A DNA stretch of 64,000 nt, from contig NC_134028.1 of the NCBI RefSeq assembly GCF_964204645.1, positions 1,240,001 through 1,304,000 on the forward strand, in the 5' to 3' direction. The stretch is from Tubulanus polymorphus (lineage: Eukaryota; Animalia; Nemertea). A model generated the notes under the pieces. The model worked only from the letters and a program-made list of their open reading frames with translations, did not search any database and was not told where the DNA came from. The position numbers and the translations under genes were made by a program. Shown piece after piece: positions 50,301 through 63,725 of the stretch (position 1 is the stretch's first letter; the number at the start of each line of letters is the position of its first letter).

Positions 50301-53300
50301 AGTAGGAGATGAATAATTACTGCCGGATGACATAACCGGACTATCCGGACTGACGACTGGATTGGGTAAGAATTTCTGTAAATTGAGGACGATTGTATCA
50401 CCGCATTCGTCTAATAGTTTGTATAGATCTTGTAACGATTTCTTCTCGACACAACGTCCATTAATCTGAAATTATCATTATACAGCGTTTTAAAGCGCTA
50501 TGACAATTATCCCGTTCAGTGCTGACTAATTAATACCCAAAAGTGCTAGAGTTGATTTGAAAACGGGTAGAGCACTTGTGCATCGACACCGCGACGCGGC
50601 GTGTCGTTAGTTACTAATATTTCACTATATTTGACAGGTGATGCCATCTTTCAATAGATAATGGTGCGGTTAACTAGCAAAACTGACTTACATTGAGGAC
50701 ACGATCACCACAAGCAATAGTTCCTTCTTGAGCAGCGGCTGAACCCGGTAAAATACGACTAATATACCAACCTCTCTCAAACGCCAATCCATGCTCTATA
50801 ACAATGAGATGAGAGAGAGAGACATTAATCATAATATTTCATATCCACAACCCGTTTTACCAAAAAGTTGGCTCAATGAATTTGTTTTGTTTCCTATAAC
50901 ATAACTTCATTTTATTCAAATTTGATCATCTTGACCCAGTTCCACAGTTGTGAGTTACAGTTAGCTCTGAGTAAAAGTTAGTTCATTCTCGATGAGTTAA
51001 CTCTGAGTCAAATCTTAACTCAGAATTGTGGAACTGGACCCTTAAGGTTAGACTCTGGGTCCAGTTTCACATCTATGAGTTAGTTAACTCTGAGTCAAAT
51101 CTAACTCAGAACTGTGGAACTAGACCCTGTTATATAAGTTGTAAGATTGGGGTGCACAGCCCGGGCCCAAAGTCCACAACAGTCCCACATTAGAGTTAAA
51201 CAAGTACATACTTCATCCCCCCCCCCCGAATAATAACGCAGTCATCCATTTATATAAACATTAGTGGATAAGCAGTTAATGTTTACCTTTACCAGTGATA
51301 AGATTGAGTTGTACTGTTTGCCATGCTTTAGTTGGCATGGAACGTTTTCGTCTAATCACCATATTAATCAGTCCACCGCCAGTTTTTACGGCTTCTAACG
51401 CTATTTTACGGTCCACGTTCGTCAAATCCACATTGTTGACTTTTAACACGAGATCATTGACTCTGTATGAGAAAAAACATAAACAAAATTCAGAGGTGCA
51501 TTTACTTAGAACAGACTTTAAAGTCTATCAGAAAAAAGTCCGTCTGAACTGACGGTTTAAACGGACAAGAAAAAGCAACTTCCCGATACTTTTTGGATTA
51601 TAAAGTTTCCTATTGATGACAGGAAAAACAAAACACATACAAGAGACTCTTTTATCTGACACATCAAAGCGCTACGCGGGAATGAATTACTGGTTGTATC
51701 TACGAGGGTAACTATAGATCGCTTCTATCAGTTCAAACAATAGAAAATACCATCAAACATCGCACAGTCCGTTTGAAGGTAGATTTGATGAAACAAGAGA
51801 TGAATACACCGACAAGTATCGAAATACAATGAGTGAGACAAACTGCATTTCATAAATCAATTGTTCTCTTGTGAGCATGCGAAGATAGAGCGTTGGTTCC
51901 CGGAGAATGTCAGGGTCGATTGATTGTGAATGAAGCCGCTATTACTGTCGCGCTCATTAAAATTCAATCTTCTCACGAGGGTAAATCTTAAACAATAAAC
52001 TTTCTATCGCTAAACTGATAAAACAAGTAAAATGCGTGAGGGAATTTGTCACGGATGCCGCGGTATTGACTTTTCATTCTAATCTTCATCAATTTAAGCT
52101 TCGTGTAGCCCTTCGAGAGTAATATCTACTGTGATGGATTTTACAATGAGTCGCGCTCGCTGAAAGATATTTCAAAATCGCGATACATTAAGTTTATTAT
52201 GGGGTTTCCGTGTAATCCTGTCATTTTCGTTTTGTAACTGTCCGATTTCTAATGTTACAGCGAGATATAAAATCAATTGAAATTCTAATCAGAAATGACA
52301 TGATATCTAACTGACTCCAGACTCTACGAGGAGGCTTCATATCTCTTTTTTTTTTATTGACTTCATAATCGAAAAAAGAACTAAGTCGCACAAAACTCGA
52401 TATTCAAACAAACTGAAGGGTTCTCAAGCAAATTTAGAGGATCCTAAGAATTCTCAGATTCTTATATCGATAATAAAAATAGTAATTTTTTCGATATTGC
52501 GTCTATAGTTTTTATAACTTGATTACAGAGTCTACAGCCATGAACTACACGTGAACCTTACATAAAACACATTCACATTAATAAAACAGTTTGAATTCTC
52601 TACACAACTTGGTTAAAACGTTACAGCTGTTTTTATTGAACTACATTAAGAGATAGATCCGGAGAGAATATCAGAAAATACTCACTTCAGTTTGCCATCA
52701 GCTGTACTGCCTTTCCGTACATTACTGACAAATATGGAATAATCTTTTGGAGATTTGGGGTCGTCTTTACCACCTACGAGATCAAAACCAAAGTCTCCAT
52801 CAGAAGTGTCACCTCCCTGTAGAAAACAGATAAACATAAACAATGGTTCAATATGTAACTGAAGATGACCACTCATTGGGAAGGGAATGCTAGTACACCT
52901 ATATGAGTCTGAATTGGGCTTTACATTTTTGCTATCATAAATGAAAATATCAAAATTCTATATCTGATCTCGAGCCTTCTACGAATAATAATCCATAAAA
53001 CAACTCCTGACAAAATAACAACAACAATGACAGAAATATGATTGATGTCGGACGATCTGTTAGTCGTAAAAATGTCTACGATGATTGATGACGCTATTTG
53101 TGCCAGATGAAACCGGGCCTTCACACGCGGGACAGAAAGAGGAGAGAGATGGATGGAGTGAGAGGAAGAGAGAGAGAGAGAGGGATGAAACTAGGCCTTC
53201 ACGCTGGGAGAGAGAGGGAGGAATCTCGTGGCAATATCGAGAAAATTATTGAAATTCATATTCGACTGAATTCAACTCCAATAACTATGTATAAATCAAT

Positions 53301-56300
53301 AAACAACTGAAATCTCTACAGATCTTCACTCCCCTCACTCCCCTGTACCCTACAGCTATCAGTTGAGAGAAAAGATAAAATACTGAATGGATTAATTATG
53401 CATGTTAGATAAATGTTGAGTGTAGATGTTTATTTGAGAAGTTCTTCTTGAATAAGAAGCGACGAACGAATATTCAATAGATTCATCATTTATTCAGTCA
53501 TCTGAGTCCAAACCTTAACTTTAGTTGCACAAAACAAACTGAGATACAATCATTCCCCACTTCAAGTAAAACTTTTAACTTAAAACTAAAGCCTAGACCA
53601 TACGACTATGAATGTGGGTACAGGAGTACATGAAGGTGGAATTTGGACAATTGGTTGGTGGTATGTATAACACTGACTGGATGGATGATTATTAGGTGCT
53701 GAGCTACTAGTGTCCTAGAAGGTAAATCTGATCAGTTGAAGTTTCTGATAGAAATCACCCTAGAGCTGGAACAACACAGCGTTAATAATGATCACATGGT
53801 GAATATTGTCACATGATGGCGCTATCGGGCATCAGGTGGAAAATTCAATTTAAAACTACATCATTTTTAGTTGTCGCGATATCATTGATCAGAGACTGTT
53901 TAAATCACACTTCATCGTGTTCGTATCATTGGCCTTCCCCTGGGGGACGGGTATACCGTTCCTATCATCCTCCTTCCCCCTGGGTGGAGGTGGATGGGTA
54001 TAATGTTCCTACAATCCCCAATCCCTGGAGACTCGAAGTGAAACATGACACATTCTTTGTCGATGACAATTTTCAAGGTTTGTTAAAGAAATGGAGATGA
54101 AAGGCAAAGCAAACTAATCATAGCCGAAAATAATCCTATATGCGATTCCATCAATAGAGGGCGACACTTACCACATCGAATTCTAACGTCTCTGTTTCCC
54201 ACTGTTGCATATCAGTGTCTATGGCCGAGTCTCTGCTATGGTTATGACTGACCGGTGTTAATTGACTTTTACGTGAATCTTTCTCCAATAAACCATCATA
54301 TTTTTCCCTATAAAAATAAAATCATGTAAGAGTTTTCGGGTATCTTCAAAGACGCAGTTCCACTGTAGTCAGTTACCTGAATCTTAAGTCAAAATTAGTT
54401 ATTTTGAATGTTTTGAAGTCAAATGTTAGAACTGTGAAACTGAACCCAGGGTCTGGTTTACAAAAAGGATTTACTTCAAAATCGATTTAAGATAAATAGA
54501 ATTAATGAAGAAAGGAAATCCATTGGAGAGTAAAACCTGAAACTGAATCTATTTAATCCACGACCGACCGAAACTTACTTCAAATCTTTCAATTCTTTCG
54601 ACGTTTCATTTTTCTGTTTTTTCAACTCGTCCGAGTCCCGCAAGGCCTCAGCGAGGTCGGTGATAGCTCGGTCTCGTTCACGGCGGAGTTTATCGCATAG
54701 CGTACGGATACTCTCGCGTTCCAGGACGATCTTATCACGTTCGTTAAACGCCCAGTCTCTCTGTCGTTTAGCAACCTCAACCTCTTCAATCACATCTATA
54801 CACAAACAATGAAGACAAAATTAAAATCTTAAAATTAATGATCGATTATTTCAAACATTTTCAGGACTTAACCTCCCATCATCACAGTGAGGAATGTAAG
54901 AAAATTATCAAGGGGACAGTTGTTTAAAAGTTGCTTACGGTTTACCAGTGCATAGTTGACATAGAGGCAACTTCATCGTTAACATGGATACCTCCACAGA
55001 TTAACTCTAAAAACCATGGACTCCAAAACGAGAGTCGATGATCTAACTAACCTTTGAGCAAATGGCCAACTTAATATATTTCTATCAATCGTAGGATTTT
55101 TATTCTGGTGAAGCAAACATTGTTATACTACTATCAATGTCTTATCAGATATCGGCTCGTCTAATCTTTCACTACTCAAAATAGATGTGAAACTAATAAG
55201 ATATTTGTTTCTAACTGTTAAGTATCGAGCACCAGTAGTTGACATATACAGCTCTATGACTCTTCTAATTTACCAATCATCGAGTCAAAAACCTTTCGGT
55301 TAAAAGCAAATATCAACCATTGAAATCAGAAATGAATCGATACTTTTATAATAGCGCTCTAATTGACAAATCTGATATAATCTAATGCACTTAATTAACC
55401 TTTGCCATAACGTTTATGGCTAGACGGGAGTTGAATATAACGACACATTTATGCCACACGCGAGTCTAGACAGCTTTCACTTATAGTTATGAAGTTCATT
55501 CGTTCCACTATTGAACTGGAAAGGGCAATTTTTTGTGTGAAATGTATTGAAGTGGGTTTTGTAGCAGCGGGAGATAGTAACTATTATTGTACTACGATTA
55601 TATTGAATATATCTGTTCGTCCTTAAACGGACTGTGAATCTACTAACTGCACATGTTGCGGTCGTAACTAAGCAACTATCTATGTTATAGGGAAAGGGGA
55701 TATACCTAAAACTCAGTAGCACGAAGGACTGTGCTAAACATGTTCAATAAGGTGCAGATACCAGCAGTGTTACTAGACACGGGCGATTCTAGAACAAGTT
55801 TCACAGTCCGGAGTTGGGTTAAGATTTGACTCAAAGTTAACTCCCTGAAAATGAACTAATATTAACTCAACTCGCACCCGTGTAACTGGATCCTGGGGGT
55901 TACTTATTTGTATTTTCCCAAAGACAGGGATAACAGATACTGTATTGAGAACAACACTATTCATATCACTGATAAGCCTAGTATAGAATGGATACTGAAT
56001 GTAATAGAAGGGGCAAAGCTTGCTGCTCCTTAAAATTGAAGTCATATCTGTTGCATTATGAGGGTTAGAGATTTTACTGATCTCGTGGACTGAGTTGAAA
56101 ATGCTTGTATAGTAAGTAAAGAGTAACGAGTTGGTTTCGAGTCAATGAAGCAGTTAATCACCCACCTGTGAGTTCTTGTTGAAGTTTTTCAATTTCCTTT
56201 CGAAGCACTTCCACTTCCTTTGTAATCGCGTCTTTCTCGTTTGCCTTCTCCTTCTGATTTTTCTGATACGATTCTCTCACAATCCGATTGCAATGTTCCA

Positions 56301-59065
56301 ACGCCTCGTGGCGTTCTTTACGCGCTACGTCTCGTTCTTGCGTCAACATCTCGAAATCTTTCGTCACCTCGTCGCAGCGTTTCCGTACCGACTCTTTTTC
56401 CGAGCAGACGTCGCCGTATTTTTCTCGTAGGTCGTTGCACGATTTAACGGCGAGGTCTCGTTCGGCGATCGCGGTCGTCACCTCGCGACGTAGCGTTTCC
56501 GATTCTTCTCTCGTCGATTTGTTCTCGTTTTCTAACGCGTTCACTCGTCTCGTCGCCTCCGACAGTTTATCCTGTAATTGTTCCATCTCTTTATGAACGC
56601 TATCACGTTCCGACATGACCAGTGAATATTCCTGAACCGCCGCGTTACGCTCCTCGGTTATACGACCGAAGTCTTTCGTAGCTTTCACCCGAACGGCCAT
56701 CGCTTGATTCAACTCTTTCAGATATTCGTCTCTTTGAAGCGTTATTTTGTTCAGAGTCTCTTTGAGATCATTTCGTTCGCGTAACGCGTTGTCCCAGTTA
56801 CGGATAAATGCAGTACATTGTTGCTTCAGCGCGTTCCTCTCCGCGCAAACCTCGTCTAATTGTTTCTTCAGCATCATTTGTTCTTCTTCGACGAGTTCGA
56901 CTTTGCCCAGGTATTTACTATGCGACGCGCTGAGGTCGGCGAATCTCTTGCGTAAAGCGTCGTAGTCTTTTTTAACGGAATCGTATTTATCAAGCGCCGT
57001 ATCGTACATTTTGTTGAGTATATCGTTTGAACCGGAGTCATTGATTACGTCGCGATGTTGCTGTCGTAGATCGTTCAGTTCTTGTTGGTCCTCATCTCGG
57101 AGTTGTTGCATGTCGGATAACTCCTGCTCGACGCGAGACTTCTCCGAAGTGACGTCCTTAAACTCTGCCCGGAGGGAATGAACTTCATTGTTTAACTGAT
57201 CGATCTTATCGAGGAGTCCTTTGTTTTTATGTCTGTAGAACTCGGCGTCTTTGACGGCATGATCGCATTTCTTTACTGTTTGTCCGTGTTGTCGTTTCAG
57301 AGACTGTAACTCCGACATGGCGCGGTCGCATTGCGATTTCAACCAATCGTAATCGCGATTGGAAGCCGTTTTCTCCGGTTCTCCGTTCATGCTGCTGCTC
57401 CGACACTTCGTCCGATGGAGTTCATCGCGAACTGCGTCTCGTTCGTTCGTTACTAGTTTTAACTCGGCTCGTAGAAGAGTCATACTATTCTGACACAAGT
57501 CATACTCGTGCGCTGGAACATGACGCGTAAACGACCGCTGTGAATTACGCTGACCTTCTTCTGAAAAATCAACAGAAAAAAAACAAATATATTTCAGCTT
57601 CAAATAGATCATACATACATCATCAAAACTGCTGTTTTATGGTAAAAATTGCACTCTAAGAATAATTCAACTTGGAATCAAAAATTGATTAAAGAGTTCA
57701 AACTGGACTGAGGTCTCTTTACGTGAGAAGACGCGTCTCTAAATCAATTCAAATTCAATTTAATTGATTCGTGTGTGAAACACTCGTGTATCGTGAAACG
57801 CTCATTAAATCACTGATCTCAAAACCACCTGAAAATAAATTCACCGGAAAATTGTTGCTAACAAGTGTTTTTCACATATCTCGTGAGTCGATATCTTCTA
57901 GTAGCACGTGTATCAGTATCAGTAATATACTACGATAGACCTGTTGTATATCTCTGTACCTGGTACTGTATTCTGTAAATAACCAATACGTCCGTACCCT
58001 CACGACGTACTAATTATTCAAATTGGAAAAGTACTTGAGTTAGTTTTCAAATGTACAATTGGTTGTTTTAGATTTTTTTAGTCCACGCTGTAACGAACAA
58101 ACAACATGCATAGAGCGATCACAATACTGTAGTCAAAATGCATGCTTTAAAAACGGAATAATTTTGAATTTGATGAAATTGCTCCAGTCTTGATTTTGAC
58201 TCGTATCAGACGCTAGGGTTTGGTTTTTAGATGAATTATTGTATTAAAATTCAGTTTTTAGCACAAATTCTTAAAAAACCCATATAAAATTTGAAAATAT
58301 ATTCATATTCCCCGGGAATAAATAAGTACTTAACATAAACCAGCCCTCGGGGGTATAATGTGCTAGCTTATATCGGAAAACTGTCAAATTTTTGAAAATC
58401 CGGCTCATGAAATAACAGCAATATCGATTACTCCGATTTAAACTAAGATTTGAAGGTTTAAACACGTGATTCGTGTCTAATCAGATCGGATGAAACCTTT
58501 TAATTAAAAAACCGCCCGTAGAACAATAGCATAAGTCATCGCTAAGTAGCATCGGTAACTATGGCAACCGAGATTAAAAGAACATCGTCGCGCAAGTTGA
58601 GCAGAAGATAATATTTCACAGAAACCGAACCAAAAATAACCTTCACAAAATTCCGTCGAACTGCTTGTCTCTAAATCATTCCAAATTCAAATTTCTCGAT
58701 ATATCGTAAACATCCGCAAAAATGTCGATAAATCTCTGAGATGAATATCTATAAATGATATCTAGAAACTACTCGAGAGAAACTACTTCTCCGTACAAAG
58801 ACATCCTATACAATTCCAATCACTTCATTTATTATTAACTTATTTTTGTCTTTCGATGGGAGAAAATTCTGAAATCCATCAACGACACGAATAATAATTA
58901 ACAGAGTTTACTTACAAAATCTTGTATATAATCCATAAGTTTATATAATGAACGAACGACTGTCCTTCGATGAGTTACAATCAAATTGAAGGATTCTTTT
59001 TTCGCATCAGCAGAAACTGTCACTAGACCCGTCTCTCTGTGTGTACGTGATGTATACAAACCAGG

Positions 59066-59097
<32 letters not shown>

Positions 59098-61561
59098 TAT
59101 ATAGATATATATATAGTGTACCATGTGCCCTGATATTATATTGGCATTGATTAATATTTCATAACAAAAACGACTGACTTCAATTTTAACCCTATAAACC
59201 CCTACGCGACAACGACGGACCTAAAAATCTAGTTACGCGCGACAAAGATTAATGACAGGGATCTTTTTCGATATGAAATATTGTCAATAAATTAGATTCA
59301 AGGCCGGCATTCATTACCGCCATATATGACAATTGATAATTATATATTTGAATTACTACACTTGAGACTTATAATAATCCGGGGGACGTAAAAACAACAT
59401 TAGTCATAATTTATGAGTGAAGATTCTAATATAGATATACACTATAGCTTTGTATTTTCATATTCATATAAAAACGATGTGACATAAACTCATATCATAA
59501 ACACACATACACACACTCGCGCACACATAACACCATACATATCACCTTCACCTTCACACGCGACACACGGAGCTTTCAAGGTCGTAAGGAAAGCCGGTTG
59601 TTTCTTGAAATTGAATTGATCGTTCGAATGAAAAGGGGAGCAGTACTTTTTACCCTTAGTAGTTAACCCTCCTCTCTCCAACACTTACTGTATATAGGCT
59701 ATTCATTAAACCAGCAAACGATAGTCTTAGGTCTTATGTGTAGCTCATCACGTGCCGTGGCCGCCAAGGATTTTAACGATTCCCCACTCCAATTCGCACA
59801 ACAGTGACCCATATATTGCTCCCAGATAGCCTAGGAAGATAGCCTCATTATCTATTGGTCCCTCGAGATCCGAGCCCAAGTGGAGACTACTGCATGAGTT
59901 TTCATATCAGATAATTTCATCAATGATCGGGGGGGAGGGGGGAGGGGGGTCATCGATAGTTCTGTAAGTAAGAGGTAGTACAAGATTAGTGCTATTTCTT
60001 GTTTAGAATCTTACAGCTGATTGCCTTCATTTATAAGTAGGCAAACACAGAATTTACATTATAACTCTCCCCTCACTCTCTCTCCTCTCTCTCTCTCTCT
60101 GCTCTTACTCTGAGGTAGTTTCCCCGTAATAATAATAATAACAACATTCTCTCACTCACTCAATCTCTCTCTCTCTCGTTTAGAGGAAGGGGGTACAGCT
60201 ATATACAGATGGTGACATGACACACCTGTGTTTGTTGAAACCTACTTCATTATCAACCAAATAGAAGGTTAATTCTTTGATGCTGATTTTATCAGAGTTT
60301 GTTTGGCCTCGAAAACGATTAAATCTACCACACACGAACTATAAATTCAATTCAACATAGCATCGGAATCGGAAATAATATACTGCCAAATATACCAACA
60401 GGTGGCACTAGTGAGAAGTCAGGTTTTAACAACACCCACAATTTTATCTCAAAATCTAAAAAAAAAACGAAGCGAAATTTCTTCTAAAAATAAATCTATT
60501 ATGAAATATAGATAGCTTTCAAATCTCATTTTTTCATCTCGTTTCGATATAACACAATTCAATTCTCGTTCATGATAAACTTTTATAGAGATAAAGTATC
60601 CGGTATATTCTAGAGAGTTGTTTACTGTGTAGTGGGCGGTGACCACACCTATCACCTATACTATACTATAATATACCATATATACAGGGGGTATTGTTTA
60701 TATTACAAACACAGTGTTAATGAACTAAACACTCTCTGTTTCTATCATATATGTATAAAATCATGCGCTATGCATTACTGAGTCTGTCTACTCTTTCTAT
60801 CATCTCATACATTATGCATCACACACGACAAATGTTGTTAGTACGATCAATCATATTATTATCAGTAAAAAAATATGTTTTTAAAAATTCAGCTTAATTC
60901 ATCATTTATGAAGCGTCTGGTCTTTGTACTGCATTGTAAGTAGTCTGTAGCCGATAGCATGCTGCCTGTTTTTAATTCGATACATGCTCCACAAATGAAA
61001 AATATTAGTTCGTTAAACTGAAAAACTCTGAACAGAAAATCAAAATATTGTAAGCTCTCGGAGTCAAACACGTTCACAATCAGCCGCATGGAGACCATTT
61101 AGCTCGGGTGAAACCAGCCTAGATTAGATCAAAGTCTGTGGAATAATTTGGCCAGTGCTAAAATTTGGTACAGGCCTGGTCCAAAATTTTGGTCCTGCCA
61201 AATTGGCCTGTGTCAAATAGGAACAGACCGATTTGGCCCGAGCCAAAAACATTTGAGCGAACACAGCATGTGACGTATTATGAATAACGTCCAAGAACAA
61301 AAGACGAAATCTAACTATTATAAACAAATTAAATATTCTAAAAAACAAAACATAAAATCAATGAGTCTGAAACATTCGTAACGGTTCTGAACGAGGATGC
61401 ATTCAACAATCGAATGATACCTGCAATAGCACGTAAATGATGGATATTATCAACCACATCATCCGTACACAGATTGTCAATAATAGGGGGCGTTGTAGTC
61501 ATCCTCGTCTCTGACGGCAACATCATCAACGGATTACCGTTATTATTCATAGGTGCGTTGT
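41364..61561 (-). CDS. DLG5: Disks large homolog 5 (coiled coil, 4 PDZ, SH3, GUK); 5'-partial, about 1970 codons in window
   Basis: 24 phase-consistent exons: 61421-61561, 56166-57560, 54579-54795, 54172-54307, 52686-52816, 51287-51462, 50692-50795, 49147-50465, 48249-48453, 46554-46767, 46186-46285, 45661-45823, 45444-45546, 45180-45339, 44551-44770, 44142-44244, 43841-44060, 43292-43503, 42993-43034, 42537-42638, 42309-42439, 41777-41886, 41577-41686, 41364-41467. DLG5 signatures QEYSLVMSERDSVHKE, RDWAFNERDKIVLERESIRTLCD, SRDSAID, GGTWPK, GDAFYVR..ELTFQKDDVLYV (SH3), RRSFFRRK and C-terminal EQKKTIWVP. Exon 61421-61561 is the least certain. Confidence 0.94.
42692..42935. mobile_element. Foldback/MITE with about 60-bp inverted arms in DLG5 intron
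   Basis: GTTTGATTGC..CCTCCCG..CAACACAAACCCTGGCCGCAGACCC versus GGGTCTGCGGCCAGGGTTTGTGTTG..CGGGAGGCAATCAAAC. Confidence 0.75.
46903..47010. mobile_element. Palindromic MITE; related copy at about 36180-36228
   Basis: CAGCACAAATGG..GCTGAACTAAAACAT / ATGTTTTAGTTCAGC..CCATTTGTGCTG; the block AATGGATTAAAAATTGA..TAGTTCAGC is shared with 36181-36211. Confidence 0.7.
47985..48213. mobile_element. Nested MITEs: two GGAYCCAGTT-TIR copies inside an element bounded by GAACACCTTCAGC / GCTGAAGGTGTTC
   Basis: Outer 13-bp perfect inverted repeat; inner copies at about 48014-48065 and 48066-48160. Confidence 0.65.
48507..49054. mobile_element. Long foldback element, 250-bp arms with 48-bp spacer, in DLG5 intron
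   Basis: Arm 48507-48756 is the reverse complement of 48805-49054 with only scattered mismatches; the ends read cTA[ATGTC...GACAT]TAg, compatible with a TA target duplication. Confidence 0.92.
50932..51127. mobile_element. Two adjacent MITE copies (GACCCAGTTCCACAG / TGTGGAACTGGACCC TIRs); relatives at about 39903-39980, 54352-54447 and 55795-55893
   Basis: Shared TIRs and internal GAGTTAACTCTGAGTCAAATC motif. Confidence 0.8.
57960..58936 (-). other. Candidate alternative DLG5 5' end: first-exon coding part 58916-58936 plus 13-nt microexon 57960-57972
   Basis: ATGGATTATATACAAGATTTT|gtaagt plus ttatttacag|AATACAGTACCAG|gtacag plus the exon at 57560 gives the open frame MDYIQDF-NTVP-EEGQR. Confidence 0.5.
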
Positions 61562-62856
61562 CTGCGGATTGAGAAATCAAAACGAGAAAAATTATCAATA
61601 ATAATATTCATTAATTTACGAAACCGAATACAATTAACATCGATTCAATATCTGAACACCAGGGGGTGCTGCGATACTGATAAATTCAGGAAGACGGAAA
61701 TGACGGATAAAATATTCATACATATGTGTAGTAATCGAAAACATTGTTCGATTGATTAAAACCTAATTCTATATGAATAGTTCCGATCATTTACAGTCTT
61801 TTAGAAAATTATCAAGACCACATTTCTAAAATTCCATAGCTTTATCATAGCTTCACGCACAAAACCTCAATTTCATTACTTTGAAAAAAGGATTACTATT
61901 TCCATAACCTTTCCAGGATTTGCAGGACTAGTACAAATCCTGGGAAACTGTTTGCCACCATGGCGAACAAAGTCTCGTTAACTATTGAATCATGAACCCT
62001 ACTGATGGAATAAGAGACCAATATGGAGGCGGATGAGAGAAATGGAAGAGGTGTTGATAAGGTTTCCTTACTCTGTCAAATCTGATAAATACACGCGCGT
62101 CATGTTTTACACGATTATCAGATGAAATCAACCATAGAACCGCATTATACAATAATACATAGGATTTACATAATACATGTCAGCAACGAGAAAATCTGTG
62201 TAGGAGGAAGCTGTGTTCATCAGAGGGGAAAAATTACTGAGTTAGTTAACGCTGCTGCTGCTGATGTTGTTATGATGAACTCTGCAGATGAAAAAGGACT
62301 TGACAACGTGATAAGAATAGCTGTTAAAAAACAGAATCACGAGGTCACTGACTTTCATCTAATCTGCCACTCGGGTGAGAGAACTTTTATCATATTCTAC
62401 AAAAAGCGTAATCGCTATACAGAGGAAGAGCTAGCGCCGGGCGAAGAGAAATACCACCTGAGTTAAAAACAAACTGTGCTGTAATTTGGCCAGTTTAATA
62501 AAATACAATGCAGCGACGGATGGAGACCGATGGGAATAGGATCAGCGCCTTCAACGTTCATCATCATCATCAACGCTCATGGGTGATAGAGTTTACTGGT
62601 CGATGGTTCTTCTCTGGCCTCTCAACGACGCAACAAAAACCAATCTGAACTGTGCATATTATAACACACCCGGAGGTGCACTCATAGTTATGTTAAATCT
62701 AGGAGGAAACCTGATGATGTCCTAGTGATAGCCGTACTATGCCTCCGAGCGAATCGGAATAACTCAATAGAGAAACTGAACGGAATAATAATGATAACAT
62801 CCATGAATAGAACGGAGAGGCAGTTGTATTTTGAGCTCAATTTACCAAAGTGAAGA

Positions 62857-63125
62857 TCCCCTTCCCCACTGGCACCGACCAATGACCCCTTCCCACACTG
62901 GCACTGACCAATGACCCCTTCCCACACTGGCACCGACCAATGACCCCTTCCCCACTGGCACCGACCAATGACCCCTTCCCCACTGGCACCGACCAATGAC
63001 CCCTTCCCCACTGGCAGCGAGAAATTACCCCTTCCCACACTTGCAGCGAGCAATGACCCCCTTCGCCACTGGCACCGACCAATGACCCCTTCCCCACTGG
63101 CACCGACCAATGACCCCTTCCCCAC
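62857..63125. repeat. 28-29 bp minisatellite CCCCTTCCCCACTGGCACCGACCAATGA, about 9 copies
   Basis: Direct inspection; explains the ORFs 62688-63125 and 62837-63103. Confidence 0.93.
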
Positions 63126-63484
63126 TTCTCATGTCAGTTAATGGAAAATGTCACATTCGCCGCATGTTTCAAATCAAGTGGAAGTGTAACATGATTGACG
63201 TCGATCAAAAGAACAGATTTTTGATCCGTCTGCAGAAATGGCTAATATAATTTCTGGTCGTACGAACGGACGTAGAATCAATAGAACGAAACAAACGACA
63301 TTACGCGAGATATTCACAGAAAACGGTCGCAACATCGTTAATGGAAATCTGGATGAAGATGAAATAAGGCAATGTCTGGTGTAGGTGATGTAATAATCTA
63401 CAGCAGTGACCTGTGAAACACCTAAAGTTCTATCAACTAATCATTATCAGTCTTTCATCATTTAAAATTATCACGTGTAGGAGC

Positions 63485-63725
63485 ACCCTCTCCTCCCCTT
63501 CCCCGTTCTCCCCACCCTCTCCTCCCTCCCCACGGTCTCCCCACCCTCTCCTCCCTCCCCACCCTCTCCTCCCCTTCCCCGTTCTCCCCACCCTCTCCTC
63601 CCTCCCCACGGTCTCCCTACCCTCTCCTCTCTCCCCACCCTCTCCTCCCTCCCCACGGTCTCCCCACCCCCTCCTCCCTCCCCACGGTCTCCCCACCCTC
63701 TCCTCCCTCCCCACGGTCTCCCACC
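63485..63725. repeat. C-rich degenerate minisatellite (CCCCACCCTCTCCTCCCTCCCCACGGTCT)
   Basis: Direct inspection; G-run rich on the minus strand. Confidence 0.9.

Noticed and set aside
52925-52931. 7-nt DLG5 microexon (tag|CAAAAAT|gtaaag)
   Set aside because: Frameshifting, weak donor context and no compensating partner exon.
49897-56965. Plus-strand ORFs overlapping the large DLG5 exons
   Set aside because: Antisense shadows of coding exons with no recognisable homology.
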